In this document: piece after piece, positions 37,791-52,292 of the stretch | Numbering within the stretch: position 1 is the stretch's first letter | Layout: each line of letters begins with the position of its first letter | The notes under the pieces: model-generated | Databases searched by the model: none | What the model was told of the DNA's origin: nothing | Seen by the model: the letters and a program-made list of their open reading frames with translations, nothing else | From: Octopus vulgaris | Taxonomy: Eukaryota | NCBI GenBank assembly: GCA_951406725.2 | Contig: OX597834.1 | Span: 9,734,001-9,798,000, forward strand | Reading direction: 5' to 3' | DNA: 64,000 nt | Translations under genes and position numbers: made by a program

Positions 37791-40259
37791 GGGTGTATCT
37801 ATGAGTATATATATGTAATACATATACACATACATGCATATCAATATACACACACACACGCGCGCACATTTTCATATTGAAACAAGCAGTCACAGAAATA
37901 CACATATATGTTTATGCATCATTTTGTTTATATCCTAAAATTTATTTATTGTTCTATGTTGTTTTCCAAATAAGCATTTGAAGGTTACGAAGATTATTAT
38001 GACAAATAAGTTTAGCACTGATCTCTTCCCATCTACGATGTTTACATTAACCTTTAATAGACGTGTGTTATGTAAATCATTTTATATTCAATCCACTCTT
38101 CTGCAGTCAATTACGTTTCAGAATCTCTGCATGGATTGTCTTTAAAATTTCAGTATTCCAATCTTCCTTTGAATTCCTTGTGTATTCAACCTGTTTAATA
38201 ATAATAATAATCCTCCGTATGTTTCCTGGTTAAGAAATTTTTCAAAAAAAATCTATTTCAGTCATATTTGAGCGATTCTATTTGACTGCATTCTAACAAT
38301 AAAAGAATTGTTAGAATAATATTATTTCCTTCAGTGAAAAGGAACGTTAATATTAATTTTTAAAAAATGAGTATCAAAGTAATACTTTATCATAACTTGG
38401 AAGCAGCGATGGAAATATACAAACATATGAACTGTAAAGAATGAACAGAAAGTTTTCTCATTCGTACAGCAACGATAAATGTTTGGTTAGAGAATCCTAA
38501 TTATAACCAAATTTCGATCTCTGATTGACACCATTTCTCTTGTGTCAATAATACGGTTATAAGAAAATCTTGACAATTATAATCTACCATTTTTCCGTCT
38601 AAATTTATAGTAATTTATAAGTAAGAAAAATAAACGAATACCATCTTTAATTATTGAGGCGCTGCAATGAAAATAAGATTCGTGTAAAATGCAGACATGT
38701 TTACAGTTTGAAAAACTGTTTAACTTTCACTAAGTCAAAACCATGAAAAATTTATTATTAAGACTAGACTATGATAAAATGATGCCCAAATTTACTGCCT
38801 CACAAAAATATGAATAAGAATGTGTAAACGATTTTTTGGTGGCATTTCGTTCGTTTTTAAGTTCTCAGTTAAAATTCCTCCAAAATCGAGTTTGCTTTTC
38901 ATCCTTTCATCGTCGATAAATTAATTTCCAATAGATTACTGGGATCGATGTAATCAGCTTGTCTCCCACCAAAATAATGTTCAGGCCTTTTGCATTTAAT
39001 AGAAAAGATTATACATTGTGTTTTGCTTTTTGTTTTTGTTTTTCAGCTCAGATTATAAAAAATTTAGTCTCAAAATACATAAACATTGCAAAGCCAGTAA
39101 GTGTGTGCATTCAAGACTGCATCTACTAGGGTGTTCCGAATCCGATAGTTTGTGAAATAAATTATATTATTCCTATTACTTGCAGGCCAAGCAACGCATA
39201 CACGATTGTCTAATTCTTTACTTGTGAGATTTTGTTATATGATTTAAAATGACTGATGCGCAAATCGACTTGAATGATGCAAATACTGGAATATAAATGT
39301 ATTTATGTTGAGTTGTCTTTCACTCACACAAACACACTGAGACACACTCAAACTGCTACATATACACGCACACATATATATATATGCATATATTATACTG
39401 TGAGCTGTATATATCGAGAATAATGACTCATTATTTTGTTTGACAACAAATTAGAATAAGCTTTTCGCAGAAATTAGTGCAATTTGCGACAAATTTTTCG
39501 TTCTGAATGATAAGTTAATTAATGAGAAAAATGACAAAACACATTTACATCAAAAGACCGAAAGAAAAGGCAGACGGCTATTAAATGAGCATAAATATTT
39601 GTCATTAAATCTGTTTAACATTTAATTTGTTGTTTACCTCGCGTAATTGTAAATAAGACTCACAGCTGACATCAATATATTCCTATACATGCACGGATAA
39701 AGAGAGAAACGCATAGAAACTATCAAATATATTTGTATTCACTCCATACACGCGCGCACATTCACACACAGACAAACACATAAACTTTATACTTCATAAC
39801 GAAGAAGTGAGTGGAGATATTTTCAATATCTAAACACTTTAAAAGTTTTCACAGAATATACATCTGACCTACATATGTTTCGAGTGCAGCGACTGCACAT
39901 TACTTTGTATGCAATTATATGCAACTGTAATATCAGCAGGGGTGATTATAAGACCAGCATTTCCTCGAATATAAATAGTAACACTATTATTTTTAACTAA
40001 ATACCAATGCAGAATACTTGTTGGACCCTTAATGAAATTGCAACAAATAGAATGCCTTGGGATTAATTATGCATGATTACCAAAATTTATGCAGAAAATC
40101 TTAATTATATATTTATCACCTGTTCTTTAACTGCATAGATCTACGAATCGTTTTGATGCAAAATTTGAACAAGCAACTTTGTAATATCACAAAGGGTTAC
40201 AAACATTCAAAAAAAAAATTGTCGGTTAGTTATTTTACTGTCTCAGCCATACATCTAAT

Positions 40260-40665
40260 ATCTGTTCTAATATTGGCACATGGTCTGGAGCTTTGGAAGT
40301 AAGGGCCATTGGATTACGCATGGCCCACTGCTCAACTGGCACTTGTATAATCGAACTCGAGAGGAAGAAAGAAAAACTGGCAAAAGCAGAATTTGAACTC
40401 AGAATATAAAGACGGTCGAAATATCGCTAAGTATTTTACTTGGAGTTCTGACGATTCTACCCGCTCGCCACCTTTCCAGACACTAATCATCCTTTTCTAC
40501 TCTAGGTACAAGGCCCGAAAATTTTGGGGGAAGGGGCCAGTAGATTAAATCGATCCGAAAGGATGAAAAGCAAAGGAGACATTCAGCGGATTTTGAAGTC
40601 AGAACGTAAAGACAGACGAAATGCCGCGAAGCATTTCGCCCGGCGTGCTAACCTTTCGCCGCCTT
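40260..40665 (-). mobile_element. Two tandem diverged SINE type A copies
   Basis: GAATTTGAACTCAGAA and GCATTTCGCCCGGCGTGCTAAC motifs. Confidence 0.7.
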
Positions 40666-40727
40666 TCCATACACTAACTATCCACAAGCATTAAATACAT
40701 TTATAATAGCTGTCAGTAAATTAATGT

Positions 40728-41109
40728 GGAGGCGTAATGGCCCAGTGGTTAGGGCAGCGGACTCGCGGTCGTAGGATCGCGGTTTCGATTCCCAGACCGA
40801 GCGTTGTGAGTGTTTATTGAGCGAAAACACCTAAAGCTCCACGAGGCTCCGGCAGGGGATGGTGGTGATCCCTGCTGTACTCTTTCACCACAACTTTCTC
40901 TCACTCTTACTTCCTGTTTCTGTTGTACCTGTATTTCAAAGGGCCGGCCTTGTCACTCTCTGTGTCACGCTGAATATCCCCGAGAACTACGTTAAAGGTG
41001 CACGTGTCTGTGGAGTGCTCAGCCACTTACACGTTAATTTCACGAGCAGGCTGTTCCGTTGATCGGATCAACCGGAACCCTCGTCGTCGTAACCGACGGA
41101 GTGCTTCCA
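40728..41109 (+). mobile_element. tRNA(Arg-like)-derived SINE type D, full length
   Basis: A box TGGCCCAGTGG, GGACTCGCGGTC anticodon-like arm, B box GGTTTCGATTCCC; TSD AAATTAAT; near-identical to 49474. Confidence 0.92.
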
Positions 41110-41484
41110 CATCAAATTAATATTATATGTATTATATCAGTCTGGCAGAGTTATGAGTAGAACTTTAGGGTTTCAATACGATCTTCAATTCCATAATGTC
41201 AATAATTTTACTGACATTTATTTCTTCAATCCGAGTTACAAATAGAAACTCTAAAAATATAAATTTATTTTACAGCCTTTATTACTTTTTGTTTCCTATC
41301 ATTTCTCTCTCTATTTTCTTCACTGAGTTCTTGATTGAAAAATAAAACATTTATTTTCTTTCACAATTCCCCCCATTTTCTATTATTATGTAAAACAATA
41401 CTTGAAAGTTTATATCAGGCATACACACACACACACACAGACGCTTACTCCCCCACATAATATGCATACACCCAAATATATTTT

Positions 41485-41606
41485 AATATATACAAACATA
41501 TATATATATATATTTCATATTTGCATTTTGCATATATATATATATATATATGTATATATTTGCATGTGGCATATATATACATATGTATATGTATATATTC
41601 ACATGT

Positions 41607-41642
<36 letters not shown>

Positions 41643-41780
41643 TGTGTGCATATATACGTATATATATATATATGCATGTGTGCATATATACGTATATATA
41701 TATATATATGCATGTGTGCATATATACGTATATATATATATATATGCATGTGTGCATATATACGTATATTCATATATAGA
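41485..41780. repeat. TA-rich minisatellite
   Basis: GCATGTGTGCATATATACG(TA)n units. Confidence 0.9.
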
Positions 41781-42126
41781 AGCACGATAGATATACGTAC
41801 GTATCTCACCTTGTACGTGTGATTGTGTAAGAGTGTGTATGTATGCATACGAGTATGTACACATACGTGTATGTATGCACATATCTAGGTACACAAAAGC
41901 ACATCGACACATGCGTAATATGAAATAATTCCATTTGATGAACAAGACTCCTCGGAGTGCCAGAGTGCAGGTTCGTTTTCTTATTTAATCAAATATACTT
42001 CAAAGAAACTTGATAAGATTTGAAATTCTAATCAAGATCAATAGTTTACATCAATATCATACACACAAACCCATTTACACACAGCCCTAGTGAAGCACTC
42101 AATTCATGAATGCATACATATCTGAG

Positions 42127-42160
42127 TATATATATATATATATATATATATCTATATATA

Positions 42161-42217
<57 letters not shown>

Positions 42218-42224
42218 ATATATA

Positions 42225-42270
<46 letters not shown>

Positions 42271-42410
42271 TATATTATATTATATTATATTATATTATAT
42301 AGAGGGTACTAATAAGTATTTTCAAAGTTGAAAAAATTTACAGATTTTTTTTCTCTTACGAGGTTTTTCACGCTAACTACTTGATAATTTCTTATAAAGA
42401 TTTTATCCTA

Positions 42411-42460
<50 letters not shown>
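42127..42460. repeat. (TA)n and (TATAT)n microsatellites with a short insert
   Basis: Direct observation. Confidence 0.9.
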
Positions 42461-42769
42461 CATTACGTATGCATTAATAGGGGTTAAGTTTGCCGCGGAT
42501 TATCTCAGAAATATAATGCAGTGATTGAGGGGTGGAGAATAAATTAGTTATTAAGTGTGCTACATCTATTAATTCGTTTAACCGAATATGTCATTTACTC
42601 GGTGATAGTTTTCAATAAATCTTATGGTGTAGGAACGCCATAGAGTCTCTAAGCTTGTGTGTCAGCTGCTCTCTTCTTATATATTTGTATCCTTGGTGCA
42701 CTTAATGAAAGTTCAGTCATTAATTTTAATTTTATTTTATCTTGAATTACTTTCAAATAAAACTAGTTT

Positions 42770-42775
42770 ATATAT

Positions 42776-42817
<42 letters not shown>

Positions 42818-43005
42818 ATATGTGTTGTGTGTATATATACGTGTGTATATATATGTGTGTGTGTGTATATATACATATATGTGTATATATACATATATAT
42901 GTGTATATATACATATATATGTGTATATATATATACATATATGTGTATATATACATGCATATATATGTGTGTATATATACATGCATATATATGTATATAT
43001 ATATA
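42770..43005. repeat. (TA)/(TG) compound microsatellite
   Basis: Direct observation. Confidence 0.9.
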
Positions 43006-43258
43006 TTGCAATGTCATACATTTAGAAAGTAATTTAGATCAAAAACACCAGCTCCAATTATGTGATAATTTAAAAGAGTAAAAAAATAATATAGGAAGCG
43101 CTTTTTTTACATTTTATTTAAAGAAATGCGTAATATATCCATCTTCAAAATGATCACCAGTAGAATCTTAAGCAGCAACAGCAACACAACAGCATCATAT
43201 TTAAAGTTTTCTTTGTGTGTGTGTGTGTGTGCGTGCGCGCGTCTTTATGTGCGGTTCC

Positions 43259-43490
43259 GAGAGATGGCAGAATCGTTAGCACGCCTGGCGAAATGCTTAG
43301 CGGTATTTCGTCTGCCGCTATGTTCTGAGTTCAAATTCCGCTGAGGTCGACTTTGCCTTTCATCCTTTCGGGGTCGATTAAATAAGTACCAGTTACGCAG
43401 TGGGGTCGATGTAATCGACTTAATCCGGTTGTCTGTCTTTATTTGTCCTCTCTGTGTTTAGCCCCTTGTGGGTAGTAAAAAAGTAAGTAT
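43259..43490 (+). mobile_element. SINE type A (an older copy follows to ~43680)
   Basis: GAGATGGCAGAATCGTTAGCACGCC...GCCCCTTGTGGGTAGT. Confidence 0.9.
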
Positions 43491-46287
43491 TGTTACCGAG
43501 CCCCACAAAACGCTTAGCGGCATTTCTTTTGGCTACACGCTCTGAGATCAAACGCTGCCAGGGTAGTCTATACTTTTCGTCCTGTCTTGATCGATAAAAT
43601 AAATATGTATTGAACAATGGGTTTTTGTTGTAGTCGACTTAACCCTAAATCTGCTGATCCTGTGGCAAAATTTGAATCTGATATTCTGAGAAATTTAGTA
43701 AAGCTTTGACAAAACATGCCATATATTATCTTGTGAATCATAATTTTTCTGACTTATGAAAACCACTTGTAAATATATAACGGGGTTAATGTCAATCTAA
43801 AGCAGCATGACCATCAGAAATATCGGTGAGTTTGTACTTGTTGTCCTTATAAAGATTAGATAAGAAATCATCAACGTTATCAGAGTGTGCTATAAACTAT
43901 TGGCTTTTCAATAACAATGCGCAGCTGCAAAGCAAGAAAACAAACAGAACGGGGCAATATTTAATATTGTTCTGTTAATATATGATGGAGTCTGTTTCCT
44001 AGTTTACAATTCATTTTCCTTTGAAAGTGCAGCAACGATATTGGATTTGCATTAAAACAAGACAAAGCAAAAAAAAAAATAAATGCCATTCCCCATAAAT
44101 GTTTTGTCCTATAGCATATAGCTATTAGTGCCATTAACTATTTCATTCGCACTTCAGCCATTGAGCAACGCATTAATTTGCGATTATTGTTTTTGTTTTT
44201 CTTTAACATCAACTCAGCCCTAAACGAACCGACATAATGTCAAAGGCATTTCAAACGTTAATATATTTGCTTTTTTTACATTTTCAAATGATTTTGCAGG
44301 CAAATATATATCAAAGACTGCTTTATGGAATGTTTCGTTGCCCTTTTAACCGAGTAGGGGTTGATGTGTGTTATATGGATATTTATGTGGTATTTCTAGC
44401 AATTCACTCGACTACAAAAGGGTTTCCTTGTTGTCTCGAGTCATGAATTCGTGTAATGCGTTAGCAACAGTACGATTTCTTCATGCATTCAAACATAATA
44501 AATGAATTTCTAATAATCTACAGCAGAGAATCAATTAGTCGTTTGAAGGGAAATGTCAAACGGACGACGAAGCGTTACGCTAGCAATAAACATCGACGGC
44601 TTTGAGACTTCCATTTTGTTTTAGGAGGACCCACAGTTGAATCCGTCCTGATTTAGTATACCTCACATTGTAGAAGACTCTTATTGAAGCTTTTATCACT
44701 GAGACATCTTATAACAATTAATGAACGTACAAAAACTCTCATGTTTGAACATGCGTGCATATAAATCATGGCAACATATTCCTGTTCTGGTATCAATCGT
44801 AATTCAGACAGCTTGACAGTGACCACACATCACGCTTCAAAAGTATTATTGGTGACTGAGAAAATGGCCGTGCGTAATGCATTTCTCTTATATGGCCTGT
44901 AGATAAAACAACATCAGTCTAATGTATCTATTTGCCGTAAGTGTAAATGCTACTGCCAGAGGGACCTGCAACGGAGGCGAAGGTGACTGAAATGGGTTTG
45001 TTGACATGAATGCATTGCAGCGTGGTTGGCAAAGAAGTAGAAATAACCATCTTCTTTGTCAGCAATAACAGTATTTGAAAACCATGACAAAAACGGTTTT
45101 TTTTTTTTCGGCAAAAAGGTAGAAAAACGAATCATTGAGGCGATCAGTCATCGTCTTCATAATCATTATCAGCGAGATGGTCATTATCATCGTCGTCGTC
45201 ATTTGAAGAAGAAATCGCAAAAACAACAATGCTAGCAGAATGCAAAATACAAAAACAAAAACAGAAAAGGAACATGCGTTTTGTAAAACTGCTTCATTGT
45301 TATCAATCATTACTTGAAGTAGTTACTCCACTCCTCCAACTTGACATGCCTGACGTTCTCTTATTCTATTCCTATTTGTTTTATTCCTTCCTGTTTCTCT
45401 GCTACTTGGCTTCACTAGATATAACACTGTGCCACCTTTAAGCGGTTCTGCTCCTTTATCAATTGTAGTAATAGCTGCATTTGTATTGTCGTGCTATTTA
45501 TTATTTTTTTTGGCTCTGAACAAAATAACAAATGATTATCCGAAATATTTAATTCCTACAGATTTATTCAGATGAGCACTAAGGATATTTTTCTTTCTAA
45601 ATTTACTTCTTGATTACTTATTTATTCTTTGTTTATTGTTTATTATATTTTTATTATTAGCCATTGTTTGTGTTATTTTCTTCTTCGTAACTACACTTGA
45701 CAGTAATTATCATTGAGAAATTCCAACATGACATTAATGGATGATTTAACCGTGTATAATTAACTTGTTACAACTCTGAACATTGTTAGTGATTCGTTGT
45801 ATTCAGTAGACATTACGGGTTAATTTTATATATCATAGAGAGGAAATAAGCATTAAGTATGCAGATATACAAGCCGTCCTAAATATATCCTTTTTTAAAA
45901 TTTTTTTCTTTATATTTTTGTCCAATACATTTATTTATGCGTGAAGGGTTTTATACTTTTAACTCCTAAATTATTGTGGTAATTTAGAATTTTATTGACC
46001 AAAAATACAGGACGAAAAATGCAATAACAATCAAATAAAACAGAAAATAGAAATGTAAATTTTCTATTTCTATAAGGTTTTTTTTTTTTTAATTAATTTG
46101 TTAATGAACTTAAATCAAGCTAAGTAGATTGATATGCAACGCAAGATCTTATAGTATCTTCGGGTTTTATGTGGATATTGTTCCTTATAGTATTCTCAGG
46201 TTTTATGTGGACAATGTTCAGTAAGCCTGTCTCTTAATCGACAATGATTAATAAAATACCTTCAACCTGTATGACTTAAATGTTGTT

Positions 46288-46554
46288 AGGACAGTTTTAT
46301 ATATATATATATTTATACATACATATATATATATTTATACATACATACATATACATACATACATATATATACATACATACATATACATACATATATATAT
46401 ATTTATACATACATACATATACATACATATATATATACATACATACATACATATATACATACATATATATACATACATACATATATACACATACATACAT
46501 ATACATGCATACATACATATACATATATATACATACATACATATATATATATAC

Positions 46555-46586
<32 letters not shown>

Positions 46587-46612
46587 GCATGCATACGCAT
46601 ATACATACATAA
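46288..46612. repeat. (TACA)/(TA) microsatellite
   Basis: Direct observation. Confidence 0.95.
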
Positions 46613-48273
46613 GCATTTTCATGTACACTTATACATACATAGATCGATGAGGTAATAGCATGTAGCTTTATTAACCAAATCCTGTTGACTATAATGACAG
46701 CAACGAGACTGAAGCAGTTAAGATGTAGAATGAAGTTTTATGCTTCTATTCATATTATGTTCTCGGTTTCAAGTTCCTTATCGACATTATTTATTTCTTT
46801 TTATACCAGTGTAAAGAAACTGTGTCTTTCTCAGATACCGAGTGAGGATGAAAGCAACAATAAAATGTTCCACTTCCTATCAAGTAACGTTATTTGCATA
46901 TGTCACCGTGTTTCCTAACAGTTATATAGGAAACCTGCAATCAAATCATGCTAGCTTTGACTATCAAATATACTTACGTGGAAGTCTTTATGTGCAGGTC
47001 GAACAAAGATCGATCTGACCTTGATTTAATCTATAAAGTTTATCTTCAGTTGAATAAAGTGTTAATAATTATAAACATATGATTTAGTATGAGGTCCCGG
47101 TGCCGTGTACAAATAGATATCGAAATATCTATTTCCGAGTCATGAGCTGAGGCACCTTTAATGAAAGCAATTCGTTTGATGTTGGGACCAATCTTACTGC
47201 GTATTCTATTTTGTCCATCTGTTTGTTTGTCAGAAAGAGAATATAGATTTGTATCGGGGAAGATGTCACTTGGATTATTTTCTTTTACAATTCATATAAA
47301 GTACTTCTCATGTAGATAGTCAGATATTTACTTATAAAGTCGGTGCATGATATAGACATTTATCTCACCACATGAGTAAAGTCGAAGAGAGTTTAACATC
47401 AATACCTAGTTTCACTGACATGAATGAACTAAAAAAAAATGTTACACTGCAAACAAAAAATAGAGGTAAAAAAAATATGTGACGAAATACGTCGCAAAAA
47501 TTGATTATTCTGATGTCGAAACGGAAAATTTGTCTTTTCCTGTTTTTAGAAGTCTTGAGGTGAATACAGTGAACCAGAGTGGAAATTTTCATATCGGCAG
47601 GGTGTCCTCTTCAAATTGTTAGGCTTAGGCACTGGGGCTGTCATGATCCATTTTAATTAGGTCTAATCATATAGAGTGTAGCCAACTCGCAAGAGATTCT
47701 TTAAATGCCAAATCTCTTAAGGTCAACCGTTAAAAAAAAAAGGGTAAAATAGTGTAAGGTCATTAAATAATGTCATAGGTTTCATTTTTCTTTTTATGGA
47801 GATAGCATTTCGTACACAATACATGAAATCTGCAAAATATCTGCTTAAAGAAGGAACTGAGTTAAAAAGACGAGAAACTGTGATTAATAAGATAATGAAC
47901 ATATTACAAATCTAGTAATTCAGATAAATAAGAACTAATATTTTGAGGAGTATTTCTCGAAACCATTTGCAATGTGTTGATTGGGATTCTTCACACGATG
48001 TAATTGATACATATTGATACTAATTGATACTAATTTAGGAAACATTTCGCACGTAACAGTTGACCTACCGCCACACACTTGTAGTCTTTGTTTGATATTT
48101 AAACTATGATGCATTTAAAAATAAATTGGCAGGATGCAACAATGTGTTGGCAGAGTTCTGAGTTCAATTCTTGTCGAAATCAACATTACTCTTGATTTAA
48201 CTGTAGACGTTGAATCATGGTACTCTGGTCGATATTAATGACGATAATTTCTTCTCTATATATGTGTGTAATA

Positions 48274-48692
48274 AGGCGGTGAGCCGACAGAATAGTTTGC
48301 ACGCCTGGCAAAAAGGCTTATCGGCATTTTGTGTCTGTTTACGTTGAGTTCAAATTCCGCTGAGGTCGACTTTGCCCTTCATTATATAGGGATTTATAAA
48401 TTAAGTTCCAGTTAAACACTGGAGACAATGTAATTGACTTATCTGCACCTGCGAAATTGTAGGACTTCAGCCAGAATTTGAAACCCATATATATGTGTGA
48501 TAAGGCGACGCGCTCCCAGAGTCGTTTGCACGCCGTACAGAATGCTCGGCGACATTTCGTACATCCTTAAGTTCTAAATTCAAATTTCACCGAAGTCGAC
48601 TTTGCCTTTCATCTTTTCGGGGTCAATAAAATAAGTATCAGCTGAACACCGGGGTTGATGAAATTGCTGGCTTTCTGCCACAATTTGAAACG
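48274..48692 (+). mobile_element. Two tandem SINE type A copies (variant 3' end)
   Basis: TAAGGCGGTGAGCCGACAG at ~48272 and TAAGGCGACGCGC at ~48501, each with GTCGACTTTGCC and ending AATTTGAAAC. Confidence 0.75.
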
Positions 48693-49473
48693 AATATATA
48701 TGCATGTATGCTTGGAGAAATGTTGCAAAATTCTAGCTTTTATGATATACTAGCTTGAAATATGTCCGGAGTGATTCCAGCCTTTACAATATCACATGAT
48801 TTTGAGACCGGATACTCGTGGCTATATAATCCATTACACCTTCTGTTCAAATAACAAGCTGTGATTTGGGACAAATGTGCCTCCTATTTTAGCAGGTCAA
48901 GTAATGTGGTAGCAGAATCTTTATTGGTGTGACATTATATGTAGAGAGTTAGAGGAGATTTCTATAAACCGTTGAAAATGAATTCCAAATAAATATAGTG
49001 ATGTGAAGGTAAGAGATTCTTATTTCCTACCTTCATAAATTGTGGCCTCGTAATTATTATTAAGTTTAATTAAAGTTTATCACGGATTTCATAAATATCT
49101 AAGAATATTTATTGATAATAACTGAAATATAAAACAGCATATAACTCCGAGTCATTTTATGTAATTATCTTTAAAATTTCGTATTTACATTTTAATACTA
49201 TCAAGCTTCGGTCGTTAAAGAAAATAAACGTAATTAGAATAATTAATGACAGAAAAATAAACGTAATTTTCTTATTATGATCCAAGCATACTTCTCAATA
49301 CACATTCCTTCGTTGACTGTAATTATACGAAATTGCGTATATATACATACATTCATACACACACATGTATATATACATCCTTCCAAACACACAAACATAC
49401 TTACTTGCACCTGTAGACACACACATATGTATGCACATACGAGTTCAAATACATTTTCTCTATATATGAAACT

Positions 49474-49856
49474 GGAGGCGCAATGGCCCAGTGGTTAGCG
49501 CAGTGGACTCGCGGTCATAGGATCGCGGTTTCGATTCCCAGACCGGGCGTTGTGAGTGTCTATTGAGCGAAAACACCTAAAGCTCCACGAGGCTCCGGCA
49601 GGGGATGGTGGTGATCCCTGCTGTACTCTTTCACCACAACTTTCTCTCACTCTTACTTCCTGTTTCTGTTGTACCTGTATTTCAATGGGCCGGCCTTGTC
49701 ACTCTCTGTGTCACGCTGAATATCCCCGAGAACTACGTTAAGGGTACACGTGTCTGTGGAGTGCTCAGCCACTTACACGTTAATTTCACGAGCAGGCTGT
49801 TCCGTTGATTCGGATCAACCGGAACCCTCGTCGTCGTAACCGACGGAGTGCTTCCA
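49474..49856 (+). mobile_element. SINE type D, full length, young
   Basis: Perfect 12-bp TSD ATATATGAAACT (49462-49473 and 49856-49867); near-identical to 40728. Confidence 0.95.
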
Positions 49857-50199
49857 TATATGAAACTAGATAGTGGAAAGATCGCAGTCATTTAAACAGT
49901 CACCTATTCGACTCAACACTATTACTATTGGTAAGATGGAACGTGTGTTGCTTGTTCCTCGTTTGTTACCCATCGAAAATCCTCTTTGTTGTACTATTTT
50001 TTTCAGTTTTCTAGCGAAATATTTAGAATTTTTCGTAGTAGTGTGCATGTTCTTCCATATTAGTTCATTGAAGCATTATATAACAGAAACAGAGTATACA
50101 TAGTCAAGAGTAGAGTCCACAGTTATCCGTAGGTAGGAGAAGTGTAGCCGGAGGGTAAATGTCCAAAACAGAATCCGTAAAGTGTAGATACAAAGTCCA

Positions 50200-50338
50200 T
50201 GTCCCTTTCTGTAGAAGAGTGTAGGCTCGGAACGTAAAAGACATTTTTTCTATTCCTGAGTTTTATACTAATACATCTGTTTGTTTTGTACACCACCTGT
50301 CTTCGTCTTTTGCGTTTTTCGTAAACTCTCCCTATATA
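50200..50338 (+). mobile_element. Penelope-like 3' terminus with decayed hammerhead
   Basis: CTTT-CTGTAGA-A-GAGT-GTAG-GCTC-GGAACGTA-AAAG; homologous to 10322; ends at TATA. Confidence 0.55.
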
Positions 50339-51504
50339 GAATCATATTTAATTTCAATTTACAGTGTGTTAAATGTCTTTTTATATTAGCAGTGGAGCTA
50401 TATCTCAGTTAAAGAAAAGTGAGTATCAGTTGTCAAATAGGAAGCGACCAAGCGTAAGCAATATTTAACTTAATATATAATGTATCGGAGAGAAGCAGAT
50501 TAAGTTAGACGTTATCTCCTTTGAACTGAATGACCGAAACGAGCTTATCTTCAACTTTACTAGCTTATTATGCATTATGAAAGATATTTCTTTATAACTA
50601 GATGGCCGTTGGCTTTATTATAGTAACCAGGTTTCTCAAAACTATGAGTGAATGGCAAGAGTCTGTTTTGATCCAGAAAACTTGTTTAGGAAATTCTCTG
50701 TAAGGTGTGTATTTTACTGCGTTGAAGTTGAAAATAATATCCTATAAATTTACAATATTGATGGGATAAGGGATATTAATTTTTACCTATCGTTTTTTAG
50801 CGACATCTTTAGATGTATCGAATATCGAATGTGTTTGAATGCACCTCACCATTCATCTCTGTAAAATCCATTATTTACTTAGGAAAATTTCTTATTTTGT
50901 ATTTGTTTCCGCATCAATTACACCATTTTAACAGAATAAACCTATATACATCTGTGGATTGACTTCTATAATTTCAATTTAGAGCATGTTTATTCTTTCC
51001 TCAGTAACACTTGAAGGATATCTCGGTTAAAAATATAAAGATAGTGGGATAGAATGCGACAACACCGAAAGTTAAAATCACTAAGAAATAGAAATAAGCG
51101 TCGCATTTATATACTAACATGCTCGGTATTAAATTATTTTATCATTGTTTTATTTGTTTCGGTATTATAGCACGATTTCATTCGGGTCTACGCGGACCAC
51201 ACTTTAAAAGATGAGGAATTTTGCCGCACCCTTCAATTGGGCAAACACAAAGTTGCCATGTAAACTCGGCAGCACTTGTTACATAGGTGTGCAAATTTTC
51301 AGCTCAATCCGACCACATTAACTATCACTTTTGCCTGTACAACTGCTTGCAAAACAAAGTCCGCCCTTTTCACTAATATTTACTAGACTTAGAGAGATAC
51401 CCGGCCTTTCTTAGGATTAAAATGGCATAGCTTTTCATTGTTGTACTTGTTTTGGTTAATAAGACACGCAAATATACAACTTTCGGCAATTTCACATTTA
51501 TATA

Positions 51505-51888
51505 CTCTTACTCTTTTACTTGTTTCAGTCATTTGACTGCGGCCATGCTGGAGCACCGCCTTTTAATCGAGCAACTCGACCCCGGGACTTATTCTTTTGT
51601 AAGCTCAGTACTTATTCTATCGGTCTCTTTTGCCGAACCGCTAAGTAACGGGGACATAAACACACCAGCATCGGTTGTCAAGCAATGTTAGGGGGACAAA
51701 CACACACACGCATATACATATATTCGACGGGCTTCTTTCAGTTTCCATATACCAAATCCACTCACAAGGCTTTGGTCGGCCCGAGGCTATAGTAGAAGAT
51801 ACTTGCCCAAGGTGCCACGTAGTGGGGCCGAACCCGGAACCATGTGGCTGGTAAACAAGCTACTTACCACACAGTCACTCCTGCGCCT
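51505..51888 (-). mobile_element. SINE type B, full length
   Basis: Colinear with 8330-8763 and 61040-61405. Confidence 0.92.
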
Positions 51889-52044
51889 ATACGAAAATAA
51901 ACCAACAAACGACTATGCAGGTCTTTTTTCCTATGTTGCAGTACTCAACTGGTACTTAATTTATTTCGCAACGGGCGAAATACCTCTAAGCATTTTGTCC
52001 AGCGTGATAACTATTCTGCCAGCTCGTGCCTTGAGAATGGCAAC

Positions 52045-52292
52045 CTTTAGGAGAGACACACAAAGTGCCCAATAATTGATTTAGCAGTGCCAGTTCAGCA
52101 TATCATGAAAGAAACAGACAAAGTTGATAAATATGGAGAGCTGTGAATTGAGATCGCTAAGATGTGGCATCCACGGGAGTTAAACATAAAGGTTATTCCT
52201 TATTGTCATCGGAACATTGAGTTCAATACCACCCAATGTGAAAAAACATTTGGAAACTTTGAAAATGCCCTACAATCTAGATGTATTGCAAA
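52045..52292 (+). mobile_element. R4/Dong-like non-LTR retrotransposon fragment (restriction-like endonuclease region)
   Basis: IIDLAVP...KETDKVDKYGEL*IEIAKMW...KVIP/IVIGTLSSIP...KHLETL...LQ with stop and frameshift. Confidence 0.8.

Noticed and set aside
40728-40800. tRNA-Arg-like gene (also 49474, 33068, 17652)
   Set aside because: A and B boxes belong to SINE heads: no proper acceptor stem, and each continues into a SINE body with tail and TSD.
40810-41062. Near-identical small ORFs at 40810/40859 and 49556/49605 suggesting a duplicated gene
   Set aside because: Both lie wholly within young SINE D copies.
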